Counted from the first letter of the whole stretch, positions 47,809 through 61,932 are shown. The stretch: DNA of 63,992 bases, filler included, from Octopus bimaculoides (GCF_001194135.2; 5 parts of 4 records of this genome joined end to end with filler, not necessarily neighbours in it), one strand, 5' to 3'. Numbers and translations: made by a program. The notes: generated by a model from the sequence alone, not told the origin.

Positions 47809-48503
47809 AATAAGGAGCGAATATTTGCGAAGATATTATCTAGGGTAAAATAAGTAAATTGATAATAACAGAATTAATAATATAGGCGATTGCAGCCCCC
47901 AGAAAGTATTAAATAGCTGAAGGATAAAAATTTATATTAATCAAAGGACATACTGAAAATGTCTTCCTGCTGGAAAAAACAGTCAAAACTTTTATTTAAA
48001 CCGCCGAAAAAATAACACTAATATTAACTACAGACGTCAAACGTATGCGATCAAATGGGTCAAGAAAATGATTCAACATACCTATATAGCATCCAGCTAT
48101 ATATTCTCTAGTATTTGGACTCACGTGGATCGGTTTCTGGACTGGAATTATAGCCTTACCTTCCTCAGCACATGTTACCACGATCAAAAAAATCCTCCAA
48201 CCCGTCACGTTGAAGTCTGCAATGCACTGATGTGTTTTGCGGCAAATCAGAGCATTCTCAGTGTGAAAAGAATTCCAATAAGGAGCAAATAATTCGAGAG
48301 TGAATATTTGTGAAGATATTATTAACTCTATTATTATCTAGGGTAATATAGGTAAATTGATAATAACAGAATTAATAATGTACGCGATTGCAGGCCCAAA
48401 AAAGCATTAAATAGCTGAAGGATTAAAATCTATATACATCAAAGAAAATACTGAGTATGTCTACTTGCTGGAAATGACAGGTAGGCGGTTTAAATAAGAG
48501 TTT
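47809..48503. repeat. ~180-bp diverged direct repeat pair (47809-47982, 48277-48481)
   Basis: Shared TATCTAGGGTAA.ATA.GTAAATTGATAATAACAGAATTAATAAT...ATTAAATAGCTGAAGGAT. Confidence 0.85.
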
Positions 48504-48555
48504 ATACTATATATATATATATATAGATATATATTTACATACATATGTGTGTATG

Positions 48556-48615
<60 letters not shown>

Positions 48616-48696
48616 CATACATATGTAGGTATATATATATATATATTTACATACATATGTAGGTATATATATATTTACATATTTACATACATATGT

Positions 48697-48734
<38 letters not shown>

Positions 48735-49203
48735 TTACATACATATGTATATATGTATATATATATATATATTTACATACATATGTATATGCATGCATCT
48801 GTATGTGCACACGCATGCATATATAGATATATACATATACATGTACATGTGTATGCATATATTTCTATGCGTGCATGTATTTTTGTTTGTATGTAAAATA
48901 TCATAATAGGAAAATTGGGGGAAAATGCAAAAATAAGCATCGATACTGAATTCCACGAAAGGAACGTTACTTGCATAATAATTTTGCATTCAAAATCGAT
49001 CGGAATAATTTTATCTCTCTTGTGTAACCGGATGTTTACAACACGTGACAATTGATACAGATATGTCATTCAATAAGCGTTCATAGAATTAAGTATTCTC
49101 CGATCATTAACCTACCGACAACCTTTTGCGGTCTTGAAATTAATGTCATTGAACTGTAGTTATCATAACCGCCATGTCAATAGGTATGGTCTACATTCAC
49201 ATA

Positions 49204-50311
49204 TACGATATGCGTTCAAAAGATATCCGATTTTGGGGCATTAAAAAAAAACAATTTTGTACCTTTCACAAATTTCATTTTTATCACCTTCAAAATACTC
49301 CTCCTCGAAGTTCACGCACTTCTCCCAGCGGTTCTGCCACTGCTGGTTAACACCTCTGGAACGCCTTCCAAGGGAAGCTTGGATTGCGTGAGCGGATTGA
49401 GTGGGCGCATTGTCGTGGTGAAGTTTCCAATTCTTTGCCGCTCGTATGTCCGACCGGTTTCGAGACACAGTATAACGAAGATTATGTATAACGTCCAGGT
49501 AGTATTCTTTATTAATTATTTTGGCATTGTAGTGTGTATTCATGATGCACAATACCACGGGAGTGAAAGAAACAGGTTAACAGACCTTCACATTGCTGCA
49601 AACTTTTGGGGGCCTTGGTGAAAAGAGATGCTTCCGACCATAAACCCAATTATGACGGTTTTCATGTAGTCTAAGTTGTAGTTGGCACAGTCTAACATGC
49701 TCTGAACGATTTCGATGCAAAGTTGCCTCTGCTGCCACTCCAGCACCTTGGGGACAAATTTCACCGACACTCTCGCATGCGCAAGTGCTTCTGTAAAATG
49801 GAATGCACTGATTCTGCTCTTATTCCCACTTCATGAGCAATTTCCTAGATTATTACACGACAGCCTTCCATGTCTTTTCGCCGAACCTTCTCAATCGACT
49901 CCTCGTTTCGGCTTGTGGATAGCCTGCCTGAGCGTGCCTCTCCCGCCACTGAGGCGCGGCCATGTTCGAAGCGGTTGTACCATTCCTTGATCAGAGTTTT
50001 GTTCATGACATCATCATCACAGGCTTGCTGAATCTTCAGGACGGTTTGAACTTCAGTGTTAACAAACTTTTAACAAAACTTGGTGCAATATCCTTACACC
50101 ATGCGTTCAGTGAAAACGAAAATCCGACGAACGCGCACTACACATCTATACACTAAACGTAACAGCCGGGAACTGACGCAGCCTGCCGGCGCAAAATCTT
50201 TCTCACATACGCAGGAAGGGTGGTGTCATCTCCCACTCAAAGAATTACGCCCACACAGCATTAGTTTTGACGAGGAAATATTTTCAGAATACTTTCTGAA
50301 TGCACCTCATA
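49204..50311 (-). mobile_element. Decayed mariner (Mos1/SETMAR-like) DNA transposon with TIRs and TA TSD
   Basis: HTH EWYNRFEHGRASVAGEARSGRLSTS, SVKFVPKVL, WKLHHDNAP and WQNRWEKCVNFEEEYFEGDK on the minus strand; imperfect TIRs TA|CGATATGCGTTCAAAAGATATCCG and GAATACTTTCTGAATGCACCTCA|TA; internal deletion removes much of the catalytic domain. Confidence 0.92.
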
Positions 50312-50439
50312 CACATTTCTCTTTGTGTTGTTTAAATATCAAAATCAATACGGGTAGTACTTATACTCAGAACACAGTTTGTATTTATATTAACCGATGC
50401 TCCACCGATTCTGTTATTTACCACTAACATTGCCGACAA

Positions 50440-50600
50440 ATTTTGGGTAAAGATATAACCGATTTTATCGACCCTAGCATTTGACAGACGCCATATTTTA
50501 AACGTACTTTGGATGAATGAAAAGGGGGAAAAAATCAACTTCAGCCGAGTTTGACGATTATATCTAAATGCTGCAAAGCAATTTTGACGTGTTATTTGCA
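50440..50600 (-). mobile_element. Degraded SINE family 2
   Basis: CGATTTTATCGACCC...GGATGAATG...AAATGCTGCAAAGCATTTTG resembles the other family 2 copies. Confidence 0.45.
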
Positions 50601-52341
50601 TACCCATGATTCTAATGTTGTGGGAGGAGGTTCTTTGATACAACTACCGACTAGTGAGCCAGAGACTGTCTTTATTAGTTGCTGTTATAAGTAAAACTAC
50701 ATGGAGCTATTCATTAGGCCGGAGTCCTGGACCAAAATATTTGCATCATTCTAGACTCTTCCGAAGGTACACAAAGGCCACGTAATGTTAAATCGGACAA
50801 TAGGTTAAGCCAACCTCCCCAAAACGGGTTCAGTTAATTTAACAAGGCATCCGCATAAATCGCGTCAACTAAATTTCATTCAAACGGCTTTATTCAATTT
50901 TATTGTGAAGCAGTAACGATCGACTCTTTAGCAGTAAGATCAAATCTGGAAACACGTGATTATTAGCAGCTTTCTTATCTACAAGACCATACATACTTTC
51001 GTCCACCTCAAAGCTGGTGCCTCCAGATTTGATTTTCAAGAAATTTTTTTTTTTTTGCATAGAATATCAAATTTGTTATCTCCCTTCAATTTTCTCGACG
51101 GGAGGAATATCATGATTGAAATGACGTCATAAAAGAATTTTTATTTCAAATTTTACGTAATGTCGAGAATTTAGCACTCTTTCATTAAATTATTGTGTTA
51201 AATATAATATTAAAATCTATAATACAATAACTATTATTGCTATTACTGTTCTTGTTTCATATATAGATATGTATTCGTTCTTAATATTTGAGCCATCGGG
51301 TGATTGGTATGTGTTTACTTTGGCTTCCTGATTGCACCTTCACTGGTTTAATAAATGCTCCCCAAAGCCCTTCTTTGCAGAATTAATAAAGTATCCCGTG
51401 TTAGCTCATTAAAGACTTCAAGACTTTCTCTTGAAAGAAGTCATATCGTTGGATAGATAAAGAAATGTTTTGAGAGAACTAATTATATATGCAAGATAAA
51501 AGCTTTCGATATATTTACAGAGCTTAATATTTCACTGACGGCTACTTCATCAAACCACGAAATATGGAAACATAAATAATAATAAATAGAGCAGGTTTCG
51601 AACTCAGAATGCAAAAGAAAATTAAAAGGCGTTAACAAAGTATCGGGGCTTCGGTAACACAGATATGAAAAACATACAGTAAACAGTTCAAAGGAAATGT
51701 GAAATGCGTGACATTTATTCCATCACGAAACGATATTGCTAGCTTCAATTAAAAGTTGAAGATAGAAGAGAGAAATTACAGGTAAAATGCAGAATATTTC
51801 GGTCTTCTGGCTAAAAAATACAGCACAACCCTTCGAAAGAGTTGTATTTTACAATTTTTATCTTTGAATGGTTTCAGGCATTAGTCTTCAGTCATGTTGT
51901 AGCTTCAATTTCAAAGGACTTTAGTCCATTACTCCTTATACACTATCTGGCGTTCTTTCCATCGTTTCCCTATGATATGAAAGGCACGATTGAGATTGTC
52001 GAACAACAATGGCGCTGGGAATTTCTGTTTGAATGTATCAGTTCTTATTGCACGCAGTTATACACATGCGCACACACACACATACAAATGGGAGCGAGCT
52101 CGCGCACACACACACACACGCACGCACGCACATACACACACACACACATACACGCACACAAGCATACACACACACACACACAAGCAGACATTATGCATAC
52201 ACTTGTATACATCTATGTACTGGCGTAGTTAGAGTGTGTGCGCTTCAGTTTGCCGCCCCACAAAAAACATATTGCCATAAGCAATAGCCTTCAAAAGGAG
52301 GAAAAAGTAGCCTATTTGGGCAACATGACCATCCCCAAATG

Positions 52342-52377
<36 letters not shown>

Positions 52378-53009
52378 NNNNNNNNNNNNNNNNNNNNNNN
52401 NNNNNNNNNNNNNNNNNNNNNTTAATTAATTAANNNNNNNNNNNNNNNNNNNNNNNNNNNNNNNNNNNNNNNNNNNNTATATATATATACATACATATAT
52501 ATATATATGCTGAACATCAGATTTAAAAGATAAAACACACACGCACACAAATACTCAACACAAATAGGTATCATTTAACACACACACACACATACACACA
52601 CACACACACACATATATCTATATATCTATATATATACATATATATATCTATCTATCTATATATATACTTATAATTTAATGCATATGCATACGTATATATA
52701 TGAATGTATGTATGTATATATAAATGTATGTCTGTATGCACGGATGCATGTATGAATCTATCTATCTATCTATCTATCTTTCTTGATTTATTTTTAAGAT
52801 TTCCCTTATGCATAGCGATGCTGATAACCTGCTTTCAGGATCCATTTAAAAACTCCAAGGAAACTAGTAAGTGACGCTCAACAACTCAGTGCTACATTGC
52901 TTCTGATAGCAGAAACTGTAAAGCAGAAACAACTGTAATTACTCTCCCCTTGTTATTCCATAACTTTCATATGAGTGTTTGTACGTATGTATATGTGTGT
53001 GTATGCATG

Positions 53010-53054
<45 letters not shown>

Positions 53055-53998
53055 ATGTGTATGTGCGTGTTTGAGCGTGTTTGTGCGTGCGCGTGCGCGT
53101 GTGTGCGTCATAAGAATTTATAAAGTTTCGAGTGAAAAAATATTTTGGATGTGTACCTGTGAACAAATTCTGGACACAATATATATATANNNNNNNNNNN
53201 NNNNNNNNNNNNNNNNNNNNNNNNNNNNNNNNNNNNNNNNNNNNNNNNNNNNNNNNNNNNNNNNNNNNNNNNNNNNNNNNNNNNNNNNNNNNNNNNNNNN
53301 NNNNNNNNNNNNNNNNNNNNNNNNNNNNNNNNNNNNNNNNNNNNNNNNNNNNNNNNNNNNNNNNNNNNNNNNNNNNNNNNNNNNNNNNNNNNNNNNNNNN
53401 NNNNNNNNNNNNNNNNNNNNNNNNNNNNNNNNNNNNNNNNNNNNNNNNNNNNNNNNNNNNNNNNNNNNNNNNNNNNNNNNNNNNNNNNNNNNNNNNNNNN
53501 NNNNNNNNNNNNNNNNNNNNNNNNNNNNNNNNNNNNNNNNNNNNNNNNNNNNNNNNNNNNNNNNNNNNNNNNNNNNNNNNNNNNNNNNNNNNNNNNNNNN
53601 NNNNNNNNNNNNNNNNNNNNNNNNNNNNNNNNNNNNNNNNNNNNNNNNNNNNNNNNNNNNNNNNNNNNNNNNNNNNNNNNNNNNNNNNNNNNNNNNNNNN
53701 NNNNNNNNNNNNNNNNNNNNNNNNNNNNNNNNNNNNNNNNNNNNNNNNNNNNNNNNNNNNNNNTACATCAGAATAAAACATTGCGTAATAATAAATTCAA
53801 TAGCATATAATAACGCATGCAACATAATCAAGGGTTTGCAATCATTATATAAACAAGAGTTCGTACATCGAGTCCTTTAAAAGTTCTTTCACTTCTTTGT
53901 TGTCTTTTAAATTAACATCACAGTTAACAGTTCTTTTTCTTTATACATCATAACGACAAGTACATTTTTCTTGGAAGAATATTTAGACAAACCTTTGC

Positions 53999-54492
53999 TG
54001 TAATAGCTTCCTTTCTTTCACAAACACCGTACGATCCAAGAAGTAAACAACTGACTACTGCTATCTCTTTTGGCGGCCACAACAGTTCCATCTCTCTGTC
54101 CCTCTCTCTCTGAGACTCTATGCATTTCTGCTGACTATAGGCGCTCACTCTCTTGGACTCTCTCTGTCAGACTTATCATTGTTCATCTTCACTTCATCCA
54201 ACTCTCAGGCCAACTCGCCTGTACAACTCGACTGCTCCCCAAATCCTCAGCCAACTGCCTTCGCCAACTGCCTGTACCCAACCGCCTCGGCCGACTGCTC
54301 CCACTCGACTGCTACCCAAATCCTCGGCCAACTGCCTCGCGCCAATTCCTGTTCTCGTATTTATCTCAAATACCATAGCTCAATAGTGCTACTTTACCCC
54401 CTCCCAAAGCTGGGTCAGTTCAGTACAATTCCTATCCTGCTTTTCTGAACTTTCGCTGACCGGAAAGGGGCAGCGATCACTCCTACGCTAAA
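53999..54492. mobile_element. Possible solo-LTR-like repeat with an internal 77-bp partial tandem duplication
   Basis: Starts TGTAATAG and ends CCTACGCTAAA (near-TACA); ACTCGACTGCT.CCCAAATCCTC.GCCAACTGCCT at 54226 and 54303; no TSD match. Confidence 0.3.
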
Positions 54493-54639
54493 AATAGGTG
54501 TGGTTGCTGACAAGGCAAAGGNNNNNNNNNNGTGTGTATATATATGTATATATATATATATGTCTGTGTGTGTGTGTGTGTGTGTGTGTCCGTGCGTTTG
54601 TGTGTGTATTTAATATATAACATATACATATTTATAAAA

Positions 54640-55123
54640 AGCTCAGTACACGCTCGTAAAACACACATGCGCACAATAAAGATTCACATACACGTCTATG
54701 TACACACATGCACATGTGGGCGAGCGTGTATGCGGGTATGTATACATCTTTTCGGTGAATGCGTGGGTGAGCATATGTGTGTGTTTCAAGTGAGGGTGGA
54801 TGAGTATATAAATATAGGCACATGTACGTGGGTGTGCGGGCGCGCATGTGGAATGCATGGACATGCGCGCTTACGCGATTGCTATAACCATTTTACTCCC
54901 TTACCTTTATTCCCTCCCCTTACTTAGCGGTCATTCTAATAGCTCTTTTGTCTTAATAACGGGCAGTCACACAGTAATTTCCCTTTGTTTAACAGTCATT
55001 TTCATAGCTTTTTTTTGATGGCGCGATAACTGAAGAGATGCCGGTGTGGGTTTCCGCCCCGACATCTTAAACTCGGAGTTTTATCATGGCTAGCGAAAAA
55101 TTGTCACATATTATATTTACAGA
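54640..55123 (-). repeat. Dispersed ~0.5-kb repeat, copy 2 (inverted relative to 34442)
   Basis: Matches 34442-35000; both copies begin at exactly A|TCTGTAAATATAATATGT. Confidence 0.8.
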
Positions 55124-55261
55124 TAAATTCCTCTAGTTACATAATATCGAGGCCGCTTTCATTCTTTTGTTGTCTTACCATTTCTATCAATATATATATT
55201 GACATTCTTTGTGTAAATTATGCATGCATGTATCTATGTATGCTAATGTACACACATACAC

Positions 55262-55300
<39 letters not shown>

Positions 55301-56655
55301 CAAACACATTAATGCATACACTTGTATATGTATTTATATAACTCAAAATACAATAGGAGTGTACCGAATAAGGTAAGAGAATCACGGCCTCCGTGTCTTA
55401 GATACCAGATAATTCTTATGTAATATACAGAATTCAGCGTATATTCATTATATATATATTATATCAGGTGGCAATGATTGTTTCTGCAATTTTGGGTGGT
55501 TTTCTAAGATTCTAAAACTGAATATTGCGTTTCTTGAGTTGGAAAACAAAATATTTCTATTTTCCGTAGTTCCTTATGTGCTCACGACAACGAAGTTGTA
55601 AGCCACATGTTTAAGGTATATGTTGAAACATTCCAGCGTGTATATTGTTATTACAAAGTATATTCACCTGTAAGACAATTACTTACTTTGGAGCTTTACA
55701 TTTATAATCTAGTATATGGAATCTAGATGAATTCAGTTTGCATAAAACAGTTGTAGTAGATGTTGAACTTTGTATCACATTTCTAAATACAACTGGAAGA
55801 TATACGTCTTCTGTGATGTTTCTTTGAAGCTCTTCTTTACACATCATTGTTTATTATTTCACACTATAGTTATGTAAACTGCAATTTCAATATTATTCGT
55901 CTTCACGAAATTTCATATATATCATTTTTGAAACGTGAAAATGTCAGGGTGTTTTGCGTCAGAATAGATAAATATATTACTTGTTCTGTGCATGAAGATT
56001 GAATTGATGAATATGTAACTTTTGCTCAGCGAAAAATTCAATTCGATGACTAAGCATACATTGATGTATTTACGAATATTTTTGCTTCTATATTTTCAAA
56101 ATGTTTGTGAATCGTTTGACTAATCGGCGATGTTTCGAAAGGCTTCGGGTTCTAACCACCATTGCAGTAGCAATAACAACAAAGCAACAAGAATAAGAGT
56201 ATATATAACAGAAAAACTCAATTCCATATTACTATAAATTTTGTGGGTGTAAGGAATATCCACCTCATCAGATGTTCGAAAACAGAGTGGGGAGAGCTTA
56301 ATAGTAATTTAAAAGAAATAAGAAATGGCTTCTAGGGATTTAGCCTTTCTTTGTCAGTTTCGCTTACGTGATTATTTTAGATATCAAAGCGAGTTATCTT
56401 TTACTTTTCGGTCGACGTTGAGCAGAGAGGACGCCATTAGGACTTTGTGGGTCTTTTTAAGATGATACATGTTGTGACAATAGTTTTTCGCGGGGTATAA
56501 CCGATACAGTGGTGTCATTTTACAAATAAGTCTGCGTGACCGTCATGTGTAGACTGCGATCTCTACAGGCATGTGGAATTTGCACAGCCTGATAATTCGT
56601 CTGGACCAGCCTGACCTAGGCTTGCATTGGAGTTTCTTCTGCACACCCTATTGTC

Positions 56656-56990
56656 TATAAGGATGGCTGTATAGCAATTGATAATTCTAAGAAGCTTGTA
56701 AACATCTTCAAAGTATTCGGCCTAACCATAACTGTTATCACCATCTTAAGCAACGTATTCCTAGATATAACCTTAAAGCTGGAGAGAGGCAAGTACTATC
56801 TTTACAGAAATTGTAAAGAGGAAACTGATTATTTCTCAGGAACTCCAACTAGCCCCAGCTGTAATTAGGAATCTAGTCTCATCAGAATCTCTAGCCTTTC
56901 GGCAGGCAGATAGATTTTCATTCTCCTATAATGCGAGAATAGTGTTGAGGGGCATCAGCGATTAATTAATATATATACTAAGTTAGTATA
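56656..56990 (+). mobile_element. Penelope-like element RT fragment
   Basis: YKDGCIA...KKLVNIFKVFGLTITV...NVFLDITLKLERGKYYLYR then frameshifted PAVIRNL...RISSLS, matching PLE RT YRDDGL / IFK..GL.ITI / FLDVTLNL / HPP..I...RIS.LS. Confidence 0.75.
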
Positions 56991-57964
56991 TGTTAATAGG
57001 GTGTTGGGTAGCGTCACCAACTAACTGCACACCCTCACTATTAGATGGTTAGAAAGAGAAAAGTAATCCATTCAATATAGAAATTTCCACTTATATAGCT
57101 CAGAAATTCCTGGCACCAATTAAAAAGTATTTCCAAGGATACATTCATATCATAATCTGTTTAATTTTCAAAGCGTCACGATTAGCTACTCATGCTCAGG
57201 TAACACCGCTTCCAATATTGCACACAGCAACGGACGCAAATACCCACCGACAGCGTGTCCCTCAAACATACCAGGCTGTGAATTAGAGTAGTTAAGAAAA
57301 TAACACTTTAAATACTGAAGTCATTTGTTCCGTTAAAATGAAAGAAGAAAGCAAATGTTATGCAGTAACTTATAGTATAAATTTATCCTTACTTTACTAG
57401 GACAAGATTGAAATATTAAACATTTCGGCAATATGCTTTGTCTTAGTTCAGATGAAAAACCAGCAAGCACTCTGATTGTCGATTGCATCGGGTACAAAAA
57501 CTACTAAAAATATAATCAATGAAGTAAACATGGACCACAAGCTTAAACACCTGCAATACTAGAACCATACTTCAAAAGATAATTACGGAACGTTACAACT
57601 CACCCATCAAACAAGTCTATTAAACCTGTTAACATAAATTCTATTATTTCCAAAGGTTTACATAACGCAGACCTATTTGGAATAAAACAAAATCCATATT
57701 AGAGTACTGCAATACTTGTCCTGTACAAAATAACCTGCTCTTTCTTCGGATGCGATACATAAAATTATGACTTTAATCACTGACGCTTTACCTACAGTCC
57801 CAGTTAACATCCAACTCTCACACATCAAAACCACAGATATTGATATTATTTTACTTGATAGTAAACATACGGTGCACAATTGTTATTAGTTTGGGTTCAA
57901 CTGCCCTAGCCGATCTCAGATATAGTTGATTTCAAATTTTCGCACGAGGCCAGAAAATTAGGTG

Positions 57965-58135
57965 GAGGGGATAAGTCGATTACATCAACCCCAGTGCTCA
58001 ATTCGTAGTTATTTCATCGACTCTGAAAGGATAAAAGACAAAGTCAACCTCAGCGGAATTTGAACTCAGAACGTAAAGACGGATGAAATGTCTCTAAGCA
58101 CTGGGCCATTGCGCCTCCAGTTAGATGATTCTGTA
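57965..58135 (-). mobile_element. SINE family 2
   Basis: AAGTCGATTACATCAACCCCAGTGCTCAA...GGAATTTGAACTCAGAACGTAAAGACGG; reverse B-box GAGTTCAAATTCCG. Confidence 0.85.
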
Positions 58136-59618
58136 GCTCGTCATGTAAATGCATAAAATGAACGCGATCTCAGAATTATTGTCGGCCTATACATTCTTCA
58201 ACAAATTACTAACAGAACGAGTACGAATCACCATAATCTTTTCAAATTTTTTTTTGTTCCTTAGTTCCAGTTACAGCTCGTGTAATATATCATTATCAAG
58301 ATAGAATACGTTTTCAACACCAAATTCATTATCTTCAACTAGAACAATACATTTCCATTCACAGCAACTACTTTTTAACTAGTGTACCTTCCTTAAATTA
58401 TAATATAGCATATAATATACACAATAGTATCCGATAAACGTAGACCTAGGGTTCTGTTAGAGTTACTCATTTATATTAAATTTATCTAATTGTTTTAAAC
58501 TAAGACTTAATTATTGTTCCGCATTTATTATTTTTATTTAATTACTGAATTTACAATCTATAAATTCCTAATAAGACATTAATTTATTAAGCCTCATTAA
58601 ATATATATTAATGTAGTTCTTTATATTACAGTTTGTTTTTCACCATCTCTAATCGAAGTGTTTACATGTTCTCATACCTAATAATTATTCCTATCTTGTG
58701 CACCTTATTTCAACTTACAGCATATTTTAAAAATTTCTACTTTAACAACATTATTACTCTTTTATTTCTATCTACTTTATTGCTACCTTCAAATAATTTA
58801 TATAACGATGTATTCATTTTCACACGCTTTGTTTTAATTTAATATTGTTTCCTTTGTGATTAAATACTACTTTCGTTTCAATGCACAACATACTGTTTTT
58901 AATAATAATTTGCAGTTTACACACACGCACAAACATATACACGCGTATACGAACACACACACACATACACGTACGCATGCAGATATTATTGATTTAGCAA
59001 AATTTTGAAAAACACAATCTTATTCGATATATGTTTTGCAGTTAATTCTTTTCAATAATGATATTAATTATAACAAAAATTCTTTAGACTTTTGTATTTA
59101 CCTTCATAATACAGTGAATATTTACAACTTTATAGTATTTTTTAACCAAATTTAAAACTCAAAAATTTATTCTTCTTTATTACGTACATCTAAGCTTTCT
59201 TTAAACTATTGTTTGTGTGTATATATGTTTTTCCTTCAAATTCACCGCCTTCCATTGCTATTAATTTGATTTTACTTCAAACATTATCTACCAGAACAAA
59301 ATATTTTTATAGTTAGTTTATATTTGCTTTGATAAGAATTTTAACAAGACTCATATGTTCGAGGTTTTTCTCCTTATATAGAATTAATAACTGCAATCAC
59401 GGGAAGTCTTCTTTTTTTTAGTTGTAGTTGGGTCAAGATTTGTAAGAGTGTTACTGGATGACAAAATACAACGTTTTGGCTGACAAATTAATGATGCAAA
59501 CGATGATTAACGAATTTATGAATGATATGATAGATAGATAGAAAGACAGATCGGCTGCTTAACTGACAGACATAATTTTCAAGAGTCGAGCAATGGTTTA
59601 CATATATATAAATATATA

Positions 59619-59782
59619 GGCGCAAACGTGGCTGTGTGGTAAGAAGCTTGCTTCCGAAACACATGGTTCCGGGTTCAGTCTCACAGCGTGGCACCTTGGG
59701 CAAGTGTCTTCTACTATAGCCTCGAGCCGAACAAAACCTTGGATTTGATAGACAGAAACTGGAAGAAGCCCGTCGTATATAT
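59619..59782 (+). mobile_element. SINE family 1, 5' part running into a gap
   Basis: GGCGCAAACGTGGCTGTGTGGTAAGAAGCTTGCTTCC...GGCACCTTGGGCAAGTGTCTTCTACTATAGCC. Confidence 0.9.
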
Positions 59783-59873
59783 NNNNNNNNNNNNNNNNNN
59801 NNNNNNNNNNNNNNNNNNNNNNNNNNNNATATATATGAGGAAGTAAAATGTAGAGATAAGCAAGATAAGCAAG

Positions 59874-59934
<61 letters not shown>

Positions 59935-60732
59935 GTCTTTTTTGTCTATAAATCTGCTTCTCTCTATATCTAGCGTTCTCTCTCTATATATATATGCATA
60001 TATACATATACATAAATACATATTTACACATACTCTTACACACACACACACACACAAACATATACATTCACATATATTTTCTTAATCTGACTTTTCTAAC
60101 ATATTTAGCTATTTTTTTTAGTTTGCAATTAAATTGTAGAAGGAATATTTCAATCAATTGTAGAATCTATCGAGAGACAGGCTACTTAATTGACAGACAC
60201 AATGCTTAATTGTCAATGAATATTTTACACAAGTTATAAACAACACGAACAAGAAATCTACAACATTAAGCATTCACAATTATATCTCCAATTGCTACAA
60301 GGTTACCGACAAAAACAAATGTGACATATTTACTGTATGGAGTTTTCTATAAAATGAAAATTAAAGAAAGGAAAAATATTTTAGTTTTCCGAATTATCTC
60401 GTAAACAATTCATGTTAAAATGTTAATTTGAAAATATAAGCAAATTGGAAGAGAAATATAGTGGTACATATCCACATTAATCTAATCAGACAACACAGAC
60501 CATCAAAAACCTGCCCGGGAAATTGTACAGTTCAAATCTTTATTAATTTAATGTTATCATCCACCTCGAAGTAAACGTGCGGGATTCAATGTTCCTCAAG
60601 ACCCTGTCGGAAATAGTATCCAAATCTCTCCGGTCTGTTTTACAATGTGAAACATATAGTGGAGAAAGTAGTCCTATATATATCATGTCAAAATAAAAGA
60701 GAATGCCACGTCCGGAAATCTCTAATTCATAG

Positions 60733-60896
60733 GTCTGCTCAGTCAGTGCGCACTTCGGCTTATCAGTTTGCAACAACAGCAAGGAACACTCTTCTTTCTC
60801 GTTCTTATAGCACTCTTCAATTGTGTTGGCATCAGCTCTATAACTCTGTCCACTGCGCTATATATTTTCTTATATAGGAATATTTCGAAACTTAAG
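60733..60896 (+). CDS. Candidate exon encoding a hydrophobic, TM-like segment (LLSQCALRLISLQQQQGTLFFLVLIALFNCVGISSITLSTALYIFLYRNISKLK)
   Basis: Acceptor TCTAATTCATAG at 60732; consensus donor AAG|GTATGT at 60897; 164 nt open in phase 1 to 0. A minus frame is also open, so the strand is not settled. Confidence 0.35.
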
Positions 60897-61932
60897 GTAT
60901 GTATTTCATTTTCATAAGCATGCAGCTTTAACCGCGCAAAGAAAAGCAATTAGTTATACAACGGATTTCGTTTCTGCAAAGGAAAAAATATGGGGTCAAT
61001 CTGCTTAGCTTCACTTCCCATTACAGCTTGAAAGAAACAAGAAATGATACCCTCTTCTGTTTACAGTGAGATAAATTGCATATAGCTATTTATTGTGTAT
61101 ACAAACAAGTTTAGCTAAATTGTTCAATCAGATTTGCATTATAGGTAATTCACCGACAACGATGATACTGATTAATTCATGAATTTATACTGCCCTATAT
61201 AGCGTTTTTCTATGATGTGAAATGCACAGCGTTCATCCTTTCCAAATGCGCAATTTAAACCTCCCTGTGATGTATGAACAAAGTAGTTACACCAAAGATT
61301 TTGGCCCATATTTTCTCTGCCTACGCAGAGATAAAACCTGTCGTGTAACCATTTTGTTTATTTACATAACTTATTATTATTATTATTATTATTTTCATTA
61401 TTTTCGCATGTTTTGAACAATTTCATGCAAGCTTCTACTGCAGCACTAATTGCACTCGTTATGAAAATATGCTTCAAGGCCATCTCGGAGAGTGGCAAAC
61501 CAATAAAAAACAGTGATAGCTTGTTAGATAAATAAACAGAGATAAGAGAATATTACTGCGAACATATTTACAGATGCTTTGGAAATAATGAACTTGACAG
61601 ATTACACTCTCGTAAATGAAAGGAAAGGTTAAAACGGAATCATATATAGGTATCAAGTTAATACTTAAACGTGAGTGAAATGCCAAACGAAACGATAGTA
61701 GGTGTCAATAAGGTACAGTTACAATACTTCAGTTGAAGTTAATGGAATTAACAAAACTTGAGAGAAAACAATGGAAACAGTGATAGTATTTAGTATGCAC
61801 TTTAAATACCGATATTGAAATATTATCTTTCGTGCGGATACACTTAACACCAATTAGAAAGCAATTATAGAACATCTACCATAGGACTACAAATGTATCT
61901 GGAAGAGAATGACAGATTAGTATAAATAGCTA

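Noticed and set aside
51860-52040. Protein-like frames on both strands (KFPAPLLFDNLNRAFHIIGKRWKERQIVYKE*; PYDMKGTIEIVEQQWRWEFLFEC)
   Set aside because: No convincing splice sites or recognisable motif.
57480-58800. Possible PLE GIY-YIG (TERYNS) and CR1-like (VDLG) remnants
   Set aside because: Motif matches too short and degraded to support by eye.
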